Shown here piece by piece: positions 36,557 to 45,718 of a stretch of DNA of 64,000 bases. The translations under genes were made by a program, and so were the position numbers. The first letter of the stretch is position 1. Each line of letters begins with the position of its first letter. Origin of the DNA: Cyanobacteria bacterium auto_48_18 (GTDB lineage: Bacteria > Cyanobacteriota > Vampirovibrionia > Obscuribacterales > Obscuribacteraceae); assembly GCA_036170915.1 (NCBI GenBank), contig JAVHQC010000022.1:223420-287419 (forward strand). The letters run 5' to 3'. Below the pieces are notes generated by a model. The model made no database searches. It had not been told where the DNA came from and saw only the letters and a program-made list of their open reading frames with translations.

Positions 36557-39237
36557 CAGAAAATTTCCTGCGGCGAATAAAAGGGATGGCAATTGATTTC
36601 GCGAGCAGATAGATTAATCGAGGCTGATTTGTCTGGGTATGAGCAGTGCAGCTGCAAGTTTGTGCCATGAGTTTTACCGAGGTTGACCACAAATGATTGT
36701 TTTAAAGGCTGACCAGGGGTTATTTTAAGCAGGCCCGGCAGAGGTAGTTTGTGCTCGTGACCGTCTGAAGTCCAGGTGAGGTAAAGCTCAGGAGATAGTG
36801 GCGTGGCATCAATTAATGGTGCCATATTTTTGTTGCTGTTACCCGGCCAGTTGATATTGACACCGAGTAGTTGCTGATTGGCTAGCACCAGTGCTGGTGC
36901 TATGGCCAGTTGTGCTTCGCCTCCAGTGCCACTGCTCTCTGCCGGTTTAATTCCAGGTCTCAGCGAATTTCCCTTGACTTTGATCAGGCGCACATTTAAA
37001 TCTAGACCTTCGCCAATGGCCTCGCTGGCCCCTTTGTATGAGATAGACCATTTGCCCTGTCGTGCCGACACCTTTTCATCATAGCGAGGGTCTGTGAGCC
37101 CGCTGTCGTTCTCTACACCATAAAAAGCTTTCTCCCACGAATAAACTGCTCGAGAAGGAATAACATGACCGAGCCCGGCAGAGAACAATTTAGTCGGGGC
37201 AGACGACTTTTGTTCAATGGCAATTTCGTTGGTGATGGTTAGTTGCTCTTCATTTAAAGGAATGGCAAACCATTGCCGAAGGTCACTGTTGCTTACTCCT
37301 GCCGGCCCGCTGAGGCAATCAAAAATGTAGGCGCACTCCAGGTAAGAGCCGCCAGCACTATTGGTTTTGAGATAATTCCAATCGTCTAGTGAACTGATTG
37401 CGGCAATGGCTGAGCCCGACTCTAATCCAGGCTCTAATAAGTTATGGCCATTAAGTGTCAGGTCAAATTGATTTCTTAGTAGTTGCCCCTGGTCGCTATC
37501 TACCAAAATGAACCACTGGTCGGCTTCATCTTTTTTAAGTGCGCTCGCAGGCAATAAAATTTGGCCGCTCAACTTTTCGCCTGGGCGGTTGAGAGTAATT
37601 ATGCCTTCACCTGCCCGTCCATTGGCGCGCTGACTGATGGCACACAGGCCAACGGCAAGAATTGCCAGCCCCACTGTCAAAAGGCGCGCTATGCGCTTAC
37701 TGAGCGGCTGCCAGTCTAAGCGGTTGATAGTTAAATAGATAGCGACAAAAAAAGCAAGGGCGCAGGCACCAGCAGTAATACCACGGGCTATGAGGTCTGT
37801 GCCTTGAACAATATAAAGGCTGGCGGTGTCGCTGCCAAAAGAAAAAGGTGCTCTGATATCGTCGCGTAAGTATAGAAGCAGAGCCAGACCTGACAGTAGT
37901 ACTGCTTTGGGAGCATTGGCACGAGGATTGGCTCTAATCAGGTCAATTAGCGTAGTCAATGCTGCCGCTGCAAAAATGATAAAGGCCGGCATGGCCAGCA
38001 GGTTATAGCGAGGCACCGTGATGAAAGCCAGGTAAGGCAGATTCAAAACAACTAGTAAAATCACGAGCAGCCTGCCTGCGGTCAGCCTGCGTCCGGCCCC
38101 TACTGTGGCCAGGCACAAACCACATAGTGACAGCAAAATGACAATTTGATGGAAGAGCACTTGTTGCTGAAAAGCCACAGGTCCGATGCTAATTCTGAAA
38201 TCGTTCCACGGGAATTTATAAAGTCTTGCCGGTTTATCTAGAGCCAGTTTGATAAAACGAGAAGAACTTTTTTTCAAAGCTTCTTGTGTCAGGGTGGCGA
38301 AGCTTTTCTTTTCGATGCCGTTACCATCAGGATAGGGATAACTAAGAAAGCCTTGAATGTCGCTATTTGTGCCGATAAAAAGATTGTAGTTGCCGACTCT
38401 GTCCACAATGGGCGACATTTTATTAAATGCCGTTTTTTGAAAAATAAACCAGGGGGCCAGTATCAGCGTCATACCAAAAATGGTGGCAAGCACGGCTTTT
38501 AACGCCGGCCTCCAGTTTGTCAATTTGCCTTCTGTGGCTGCCATGGCCACTGCAGCCAGTGCACTTACTGTAAACAGAATCATTGACGAGCGGGTCAACT
38601 GCAAAAGCACCAACAAAACGCCAAGACCAATGCAGAAAGCCACCGCTTTTGCACGAGTGAAGAACAACCTGACTAGAATGACAAGGGCGGCCATTTCTAA
38701 AAATGTGGCAAAAGTTTCGCTGTACAGCCGACCGCTGTTGACGATAAAGGCCGGGTAGAACGCTGCTATATACCCGGCTACGAGGCCGGTTTTGCGGTTC
38801 CAGAGCCTGCCTGTGGCAATGGCGATAAAGACTGCGGTAGCTGCTGATATTAAAGACTGAGCCGTCAAAAACAAATCTGAATTGGCGGCGTTGAATGGGC
38901 TAAAAGTTAAAGCGGAGCAGAGCCATAGAAAAAATGGAAAGGTAGGGCCCGAAATAGCAAATTCTTTCCATTCGGGCCCGAACACAGGTGCGGCAAAATT
39001 GAGTTTACTTAAAGCTGTTGCATAACGCAGATATTCAGACGCGTCTGAGACCCCGTAACAGTTGATATGTTCGGTACCGAAGTTGAACCAGAGGCGCACA
39101 GCCAGTGCCACTGCAAACAGATAAAGCAAAGCCGATAGAGGCTTCGACTGTGTGCCGGAAGGGGTCACAGAGGCTTCGCTCGCAAGCAAACCGTTGTTAT
39201 TCGTGCTTTCCTGCGAGGTTTCCACCAAGTCGCTCAT
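36556..39237 (-). CDS. Large GT-C-fold membrane glycosyltransferase, paralog of 27572..30337
   Basis: Loop-1 DASEY, YPAFIVNSGRLYSE, PRY; shares RQW, PSR..YS..KA and DPR blocks with 27572..30337. Track start is 39252. Confidence 0.65.
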   Translation of the reverse strand: MSDLVETSQESTNNNGLLASEASVTPSGTQSKPLSALLYLFAVALAVRLWFNFGTEHINCYGVSDASEYLRYATALSKLNFAAPVFGPEWKEFAISGPTFPFFLWLCSALTFSPFNAANSDLFLTAQSLISAATAVFIAIATGRLWNRKTGLVAGYIAAFYPAFIVNSGRLYSETFATFLEMAALVILVRLFFTRAKAVAFCIGLGVLLVLLQLTRSSMILFTVSALAAVAMAATEGKLTNWRPALKAVLATIFGMTLILAPWFIFQKTAFNKMSPIVDRVGNYNLFIGTNSDIQGFLSYPYPDGNGIEKKSFATLTQEALKKSSSRFIKLALDKPARLYKFPWNDFRISIGPVAFQQQVLFHQIVILLSLCGLCLATVGAGRRLTAGRLLVILLVVLNLPYLAFITVPRYNLLAMPAFIIFAAAALTTLIDLIRANPRANAPKAVLLSGLALLLYLRDDIRAPFSFGSDTASLYIVQGTDLIARGITAGACALAFFVAIYLTINRLDWQPLSKRIARLLTVGLAILAVGLCAISQRANGRAGEGIITLNRPGEKLSGQILLPASALKKDEADQWFILVDSDQGQLLRNQFDLTLNGHNLLEPGLESGSAIAAISSLDDWNYLKTNSAGGSYLECAYIFDCLSGPAGVSNSDLRQWFAIPLNEEQLTITNEIAIEQKSSAPTKLFSAGLGHVIPSRAVYSWEKAFYGVENDSGLTDPRYDEKVSARQGKWSISYKGASEAIGEGLDLNVRLIKVKGNSLRPGIKPAESSGTGGEAQLAIAPALVLANQQLLGVNINWPGNSNKNMAPLIDATPLSPELYLTWTSDGHEHKLPLPGLLKITPGQPLKQSFVVNLGKTHGTNLQLHCSYPDKSASINLSAREINCHPFYSPQEIF

Positions 39238-40747
39238 TATCCTTTCGGTCAATGGAAGTTTCCAGATTGGTCAAAAATCGCGGCATCTTTTCTTCTCTGA
39301 TGCCCGCCAGTCTCGCTGTTTTTCTTAAAACCTTGCTCCCTAATTTAGCGGCAAAAAGTTTGGGACGAGCCTTGAGAATGCGCCACCAGTGTGCCACTCT
39401 GAAGCGATAAGAGCGCTGGAAGAGCAAATCGTATATTGATTTGTCGAAGCTATCTATGAGGGTAGCGGCGTCTTCAGTGGCACGACGATAATCATGGTGA
39501 TAGAGACTGCGTGCCGCCGGTGAATTTTTTCGCTCGGCAGATAGAGCGATTGCTTGCTCGTAGCATTTTACTGTTTGCCTGGCAATCTCAGTGCGATCAA
39601 AGTTTTTTACTGCCCGCTCGCGAGCGCCCTGGCTAAGCCGTTTGCGCTCGGCCTCGTCAGTGAGCAAAGTGATGCAGGCGCGGGCCAGTGCGTCGGCATC
39701 ACAGGCCGGAATAATCAGGCCAGATAGATTGTGTTCGATATATTCTTTGGTGCCGCCGGCGTCGGTGCCAATTACCGGTTTGCCGCAAGCCATAGCTTCG
39801 AGGCAGGTGTAAGGCGAGTTATCGTAAACAGACGGCACCAGTGAAATGTCGGCGCTGCGGTAGTAACTGGGCAATTGATCGAGTGTAATGCGGTCAATAA
39901 ATTTGACATAGCTACTGCAGTTGCTTTGCGCCAGTGATTTTTTCAAACCAGCCAATACTGAAGTCATACCTTCACCAGTGGTGGTGTCATCACCAATTAT
40001 GACAAATTCAACTTGAGGACAAGCGGCCACAATTTTTGGTATGGCATCAACTAAATAAGTGATGCCCTTGCGCCCTTCAAGGCGACCGACAAATAATAGG
40101 CGCAATTTGTCGCTGCGCGGCAGAGCTTGTTCACCCTCTGGAGTAAAGACAGTGGTATCAATGGGGTTTCTGACAATTTCGATTTTGTTTAGTGCAATGC
40201 CCAGATCGCCTGAGACAAATTCGGCTAAATCAATGCTTGGAGAGGTGAGCACATCAGCCTGCAGCATGGCAATGCGTTCTAACATGGCCACAAATTGATG
40301 ATCAAAAGACGGCACCACATTGTGTAGTTTTTCAGCAATAAATTTTGAATGAGGCGTATAAAGACGTATCACCAGCGGCGCTGCTTGCGTCACCGCCGGC
40401 ACAATGCCCTCAGCCAGAAGCTCGGGAGTATCAACCACATCGAATGGTTTTTCATTATGCAGCTGAGCGAATTTGTCCCACAGAGCCATACTGCAAAATA
40501 AGACATATTTGCTGTACGGAATGCACATGCTCAAAGCTGCGAGCTTTGAAGTGAAAGGATAGGCCTCTACCCGGTGGATGGTAATACCGTTATCATCCAC
40601 AACTTTGGCCTTTTCTTTAGCCAGAGAAACGACAACAACATCGTGGCCTAAATTTTTCAGCCCATGAGCCAGATGTTTGGTAAATGTGGCGATGCCACCA
40701 AAGCCGGTTTCGGGTGGATATTCTCTCGATATAAGACAGATTCGCAT
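39197..40747 (-). CDS. Glycosyltransferase family 4, paralog of 10166..11716
   Basis: MRICLISREYPPETGFGGI; FVGRLEGRKG; VPSVYDNSPYTCLEAMACGKPVI. Confidence 0.9.
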   Translation of the reverse strand: MRICLISREYPPETGFGGIATFTKHLAHGLKNLGHDVVVVSLAKEKAKVVDDNGITIHRVEAYPFTSKLAALSMCIPYSKYVLFCSMALWDKFAQLHNEKPFDVVDTPELLAEGIVPAVTQAAPLVIRLYTPHSKFIAEKLHNVVPSFDHQFVAMLERIAMLQADVLTSPSIDLAEFVSGDLGIALNKIEIVRNPIDTTVFTPEGEQALPRSDKLRLLFVGRLEGRKGITYLVDAIPKIVAACPQVEFVIIGDDTTTGEGMTSVLAGLKKSLAQSNCSSYVKFIDRITLDQLPSYYRSADISLVPSVYDNSPYTCLEAMACGKPVIGTDAGGTKEYIEHNLSGLIIPACDADALARACITLLTDEAERKRLSQGARERAVKNFDRTEIARQTVKCYEQAIALSAERKNSPAARSLYHHDYRRATEDAATLIDSFDKSIYDLLFQRSYRFRVAHWWRILKARPKLFAAKLGSKVLRKTARLAGIREEKMPRFLTNLETSIDRKDNERLGGNLAGKHE

Positions 40748-40863
40748 ATACCGATATTCTAGCGTTGTAAGGCACCCTGGTGTGGGCTTCTAAAATAGTA
40801 TCTCTAAAATTCTGGTAACATAGCCGACTAGCGGCTGTTAATGCTGGTTTGCACTATTTGGCT

Positions 40864-42288
40864 ATGAGAAGAGTTTTACTTACTGCCCACAAGTTTTTTC
40901 CGGAGCATCGCGCCGGAACTGAAGTGCTGACCCTAAAAATTGCACAAGAGTTGCAGAAGCGAAATTACGAAGTAAAGGTTGTGGCGGCTAATCCACCAGA
41001 TCTTGATGCCAGGCGCAAAGCCGAGACCGCTTCGCAAATTGAAAGCAATTATGATTTTGAAGGTGTTCCGGTTCACATAGTCGAAGAAGGGCTCAGGCTC
41101 AAAGATTACAAATTTGATTTTGAATATTATCATCCTCACATAAAAGCTCATTTTGCCAAGCTTTTGCAGGAGTTCAAGCCTGATCTCGTACAGGCAGTGC
41201 ATGTACAAAACCTTTCGGCAGCGGTGATTGAGGCCTGCAATGAGGCTCGCGTGCCGGTTGTTTTTTACAGTACTGATTTCTGGTTTGTTTGCCCGATAGT
41301 GCAATTAAAACGACCAGACGGAGCCGTTTGTCGAGGGCCTGGACCACTGGCGCTTAAATGTTTGGATTGTTATACACCCAGATTATTTCCGGGAGACGCA
41401 GAAATTGTTCAGGCGGTGACCGAAAAATATCCTGCTGTTGGTACCAATCTAGAAACATTGCCGAATGCTGTAAAAGACCTGGCAAAGTCTGCTTTAAGCT
41501 CCCTTTACCGAACCACCAAACTGCCTTTAGCTGTGCAGGCAACCATGGCGCGACCAGCAATATTGAAAGATTTTGCCAATGGTCTGACCAAAATATTGGT
41601 GCCGACTAAATTGATGCGCGACATTTTTGTTGAAAATGGTATTAATGACAAGCTTATCCGCATCGTTCATTTCGGCATAGATACGGCAAAACTGGTGGAT
41701 CACCAGGTCAAGAAACCATCAGAAAAGCTGCGCATAGGCTATATCGGCACCTTTTTTGAACATAAAGGTGTTGATCTCTTGATTAAGGCTTTCCTGTCGC
41801 TCTCTGCTGAACACGCTTCTAGAGCCGAGCTCAAGCTATATGGAGACGTGACTCAGTTTCCTGAATATGTGGCGCAGTTAAAAAAGTTAGTAGTGGATGC
41901 TGGTGCAAAGGGTGATGCAGTGAGCTTCCTTGGCACTTTTCCTAATGACACGCTCGGTTCAGTGCTCGAAGAAATCGATGTTCTGGTTGTGCCATCTCGC
42001 TGGTATGAAAACACTCCGCTGGTGATGCAATCGGCGCTGTCCACCCGCACTCCACTGATTGTCACTGATCTGGGGGGCATGTCTGAACTAGTAACAGAAG
42101 GCGAAAACGGATTATTGTTCAAACTTAATGATCATGGGTCGCTGGCGCGGCAATTAACTGCGGTGCTTGCTGATAGTACGCTGCTGGCAAAATTTTCCGC
42201 CAACATAAAACCTGAACGCACAGTTGCCGACATGGTTGATGATATAGAATCTGTGTACGAAGAAGTACTGACCGTGCGGCGTCAATAA
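40864..42288 (+). CDS. Glycosyltransferase family 4
   Basis: AGTEV, DFWFVCP, IGTFFEHKG, VPSRWYENTPLV. Confidence 0.88.
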   Translation: MRRVLLTAHKFFPEHRAGTEVLTLKIAQELQKRNYEVKVVAANPPDLDARRKAETASQIESNYDFEGVPVHIVEEGLRLKDYKFDFEYYHPHIKAHFAKLLQEFKPDLVQAVHVQNLSAAVIEACNEARVPVVFYSTDFWFVCPIVQLKRPDGAVCRGPGPLALKCLDCYTPRLFPGDAEIVQAVTEKYPAVGTNLETLPNAVKDLAKSALSSLYRTTKLPLAVQATMARPAILKDFANGLTKILVPTKLMRDIFVENGINDKLIRIVHFGIDTAKLVDHQVKKPSEKLRIGYIGTFFEHKGVDLLIKAFLSLSAEHASRAELKLYGDVTQFPEYVAQLKKLVVDAGAKGDAVSFLGTFPNDTLGSVLEEIDVLVVPSRWYENTPLVMQSALSTRTPLIVTDLGGMSELVTEGENGLLFKLNDHGSLARQLTAVLADSTLLAKFSANIKPERTVADMVDDIESVYEEVLTVRRQ

Positions 42289-42308
42289 AAAGCGGCAAGA
42301 ATCAAGTT

Positions 42309-43250
42309 ATGAAGGCTCTGTTAACCGGCGGAAATGGATTTATAGGCACCCATCTTGTGGACCTGCTCAGAGCAGAGGGCCACGAAGTGCGGGTGTTCGA
42401 TCGTTTTCCCAATCGCTTCAGGCCCGATCGGCCTGATGTGGAATACCTCATGGGCGAGCTGGGCAATCAGGGCGAAATGGAAGAAGCTGTTCGTGGCGTA
42501 GATTGGGTTTTCCATCTGGCTTACAACACTTTGCCGCAAACTTCCAATGATGATCCTGTGCACGACGTCACGTCAAACGTTGTCGCTTCCATCAATTTGC
42601 TCAATGAGTGCGTCAAAGAGAAAGTGCGCAAAGTAGTTTTCGTTTCATCTGGTGGCACCGTATATGGTGTGCCGCAGTCGAGTTTAATTTCTGAAGATCA
42701 CGAGAACAATCCCATTTGTTCTTACGGCATTACCAAACTGACCATCGAGAAATATCTGCATTTGTTCCAGCGCCTGCACGGCCTTGAATATGTGGTGACG
42801 CGCTTTTCTAATCCTTATGGTGAATTGCAGAACCCTAACGCCAAACAAGGCGCCATTGGAGTATTTCTGGGCCATATTGCCAGAGACCAGCCCATTGCTA
42901 TATGGGGTGACGGCGAAGTTGTGCGCGATTACCTTTACATAACCGATGCCGTTAAAGCTCTCTTATGCGCCGCACAGTATCAGCCTGAAGATAGCTCTTC
43001 TCCTCGCATTTTCAATATCGGCTCAGGTGAAGGTCATTCGCTTAACCAGATTGTGGCGGCTATCAAAACCGTAGTGGGGCCTCACGTTACAGTCAACTAC
43101 TCCAGCTCGCGCTCTCTTGATGTGCCATGCAACGTTTTGGATATTAGCCGCGCACGCACTCATTTAAGGTGGAATCCTGAAGTCCCTCTCACCAGAGGCA
43201 TCGAAATGAGCTGGAATTGGATTAAATCTCTCCAATTAGCGAAGTCCTGA
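42309..43250 (+). CDS. NAD-dependent nucleotide-sugar epimerase/dehydratase
   Basis: GGNGFIG, SSGGTVYG, YGITK, RFSNPYG, WGDGEVVRDY. Confidence 0.9.
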   Translation: MKALLTGGNGFIGTHLVDLLRAEGHEVRVFDRFPNRFRPDRPDVEYLMGELGNQGEMEEAVRGVDWVFHLAYNTLPQTSNDDPVHDVTSNVVASINLLNECVKEKVRKVVFVSSGGTVYGVPQSSLISEDHENNPICSYGITKLTIEKYLHLFQRLHGLEYVVTRFSNPYGELQNPNAKQGAIGVFLGHIARDQPIAIWGDGEVVRDYLYITDAVKALLCAAQYQPEDSSSPRIFNIGSGEGHSLNQIVAAIKTVVGPHVTVNYSSSRSLDVPCNVLDISRARTHLRWNPEVPLTRGIEMSWNWIKSLQLAKS

Positions 43251-43310
43251 TCCCCTTCCTGCACAATTGCCAAGTTGACCAAGTTCGGGCAGTGTTAGAC
43301 AATTGTCTGC

Positions 43311-44306
43311 GTGTTAGAGCTCTCAGTCATTATTGCCGTCTATAACGAAGATCCTCGCAACCTTGCTGCCATGGTTGAGCGGCTCGACCAGGTTTTGTCG
43401 CCTGCTGGCACAAGCTACGAGATTGTATTCGTCAACGACGGCTCACGGCCGCCAACATCCATGGCATTGCGGCAATTAGCTGCCGAGAACGCCAGAATCA
43501 AGCTGCTTGAGCTGTCACGCAATTTCGGCCAACAGGCCGCCATCACCTGTGGTCTCGATCATGCTGATGGTCAGGCTGTGGTCAATATTGATTCCGATTT
43601 GCAAGATCCACCAGAGTTGATTCCAGAAATGCTCATGCGCTGGAAGGAAGGCTATGACGTGGTTTTTGCCCAACGTCAAGCCAGACGTGATCGTTTGCTC
43701 AAACGTTCTACAGCTTTTGTTTTTTACCGCATTCTGGGTGCTGTATCGTCGGTACAGATACCACAAGACACCGGCGATTTTCGCTTAATGGACCGAAAGG
43801 TTGTGGCAGCGCTGGCTTCACTGCCTGAGAAGACTCGATTCTTGCGAGGCATGGTTCCCTGGCTAGGCTTTAAACAAATCGGCATTAGCATTGATCGCGG
43901 CGCTAGAGAAGTAGGCGAAAGCACCTACACATTGAAGAAGCTGTTGAGTCTCGCCCTTGATGGCTTGCTGGCTTTTAGCGACGCTCCTCTTTATTTGATT
44001 CCTTTGATTGGTATTTTCATTACCGTACTTTCTGGTCTGGCTTTGCTTGGCAGTGTTTGTTTTGCCCACGGCAACAGTCACTGGCCGCTGATTATTATTT
44101 CGAGCATTGGTGCCCTAACCGGGCTACAAGTAATTTGTGTGGGCATTGTCGCTGTGTATCTTTCTAAAATTCTCGATGAGAGCCGGGCCAGGCCAACTTA
44201 TATTGTTGGTACTAAACTTGGTGCCGCTTTTGCAGACGCCACTGTTGAAAGAGCAAGCTCAACTGAGCCTGCTGTCAGGCCGCTGAGCGGCTCTTCTGCG
44301 TTATAG
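43311..44306 (+). CDS. GtrB/ArnC-like polyprenyl-phosphate glycosyltransferase (GT2)
   Basis: VNDGS, LSRNFGQQAA, DSDLQDPPE, GDFRLMDR, two C-terminal TMs, RPTYIV. Confidence 0.9.
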   Translation: MLELSVIIAVYNEDPRNLAAMVERLDQVLSPAGTSYEIVFVNDGSRPPTSMALRQLAAENARIKLLELSRNFGQQAAITCGLDHADGQAVVNIDSDLQDPPELIPEMLMRWKEGYDVVFAQRQARRDRLLKRSTAFVFYRILGAVSSVQIPQDTGDFRLMDRKVVAALASLPEKTRFLRGMVPWLGFKQIGISIDRGAREVGESTYTLKKLLSLALDGLLAFSDAPLYLIPLIGIFITVLSGLALLGSVCFAHGNSHWPLIIISSIGALTGLQVICVGIVAVYLSKILDESRARPTYIVGTKLGAAFADATVERASSTEPAVRPLSGSSAL

Positions 44307-44329
44307 ATAGATTGCATCAATAATTTTCA

Positions 44330-44617
44330 ATGACTGATGAACAACAACAGATTATTGACCTAGAACTACAGCTAGCTGAAATCAAACAGCGCAACGCTAA
44401 AGTTGAAGCCGATAAAGCCTGGGAGGCCAGCTTTACACGCATCGGTACTATTTGTGTCATTACTTATTGTGTGGCCGCGATATTTTTGTACGTAATTGGC
44501 GTCAGGCGATTTTGGATTGACGCGCTCGTTCCTGTCATTGGTTTCTATCTGTCGACCCGATCGTTGCCGGCGGTGAAACGCTGGTGGATCAAGCGCAATA
44601 TTAATGCACAGTGGTAA
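44330..44617 (+). CDS. Small hypothetical membrane protein
   Basis: Coiled-coil N-terminus (RNAKVEADKAWEAS) and two TM segments. Confidence 0.65.
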   Translation: MTDEQQQIIDLELQLAEIKQRNAKVEADKAWEASFTRIGTICVITYCVAAIFLYVIGVRRFWIDALVPVIGFYLSTRSLPAVKRWWIKRNINAQW

Positions 44618-44619
44618 GT

Positions 44620-45708
44620 TTAGAATTTGATTTTAGCTAACTTGGCCTGGATTTTTTGCGCCAGTTTGATGCCGCCACTTGATCGCAAATGCACTGCATC
44701 TAAATAATCTGCTGATTGAAATTCACTGTCGCTGGTCAGATCAAGAGAATTCATGCCGGCGGTACTATTGAGAGTTTGTCTGTACTGATTGAGAAAGTCA
44801 CTGGGCAATAATTCCAGATTGTCTTCAGTCAGCGGCATAGCCACCACCAGCAATGGTATGCGCTTTTCTTGGCACAGCGAGTTGATATCTTTCAGTGCGT
44901 CAGTTTCTTGCTTAAAGCGCTCACGGTCGATGGGTAGATAACGTTTCTGATAATCGGCGCGCATTTGCTCATCTGGCAATCCGGGCTCGTCTTTGATGCC
45001 TTTGAATCTTTCAAGGGCACCTGTTTCGTTATTGGCCGATTTATTGGAAATTTTAGCTACATATTTGATAATTTCAGAACGCTGATTAAATGCTGGTACT
45101 TGGTCAAAAAAGTTCTCAAAATTTTCAGTCAGTGGGCGCTTAAAATCAAAGCCGGTGTTGAGGCGGGCGAGAATTGTTCTGGCTAATTTTGACTTCAAAT
45201 AATCAGGGTGCAAGCGATCGATAAAATCGCGTGGTGACGTCAGAATGATCACTACTCGAGGCTGAATACCTGCTTTTAAGGCGGCTTTGAGAAGCAAAAG
45301 ATCTTCAGAGACCATATTGCCGCCTTGCGATAGACAAAGCGTTTCAATTTTTTTGTCGCGCTTATGTTCTGCGAGCAGCTGGTCTAAATAACGAAAACCT
45401 GAGTAGGTGAGAAAGCTCTGCGAGTCAGGTTTTGGCTGGCCAAAAACTTTGTAGTCAGCCAGCCCGGCGGCAGACAGTGCCAGTGAAGAACCAAGCGAGA
45501 GAATAGTATCTTGATTTTTAAATGTTCCGGCAGCGACGTAGCTATCAAGTTTGTCTAAAGCGTCAATGCGCTCGCTTTTGCCTTTCGTCTGCGCCTTTAT
45601 CTCTAAACCGGTAGGTGTAAATTCAAGAAAAAAAGAGCTGGCCGCCACCAGAGCCACAGTGTTAATTGCCAGCCAGAGGGTTGTGCTGCAATACCACCGC
45701 CTAGACAT
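44620..45708 (-). CDS. SGNH-like (DUF1574/DltD/AlgJ-like) membrane-anchored protein
   Basis: N-terminal TM, LGSS block, VAMP, C-terminal DAVHL (DxxH). Confidence 0.65.
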   Translation of the reverse strand: MSRRWYCSTTLWLAINTVALVAASSFFLEFTPTGLEIKAQTKGKSERIDALDKLDSYVAAGTFKNQDTILSLGSSLALSAAGLADYKVFGQPKPDSQSFLTYSGFRYLDQLLAEHKRDKKIETLCLSQGGNMVSEDLLLLKAALKAGIQPRVVIILTSPRDFIDRLHPDYLKSKLARTILARLNTGFDFKRPLTENFENFFDQVPAFNQRSEIIKYVAKISNKSANNETGALERFKGIKDEPGLPDEQMRADYQKRYLPIDRERFKQETDALKDINSLCQEKRIPLLVVAMPLTEDNLELLPSDFLNQYRQTLNSTAGMNSLDLTSDSEFQSADYLDAVHLRSSGGIKLAQKIQAKLAKIKF

Positions 45709-45718
45709 ATTTCTCCGG

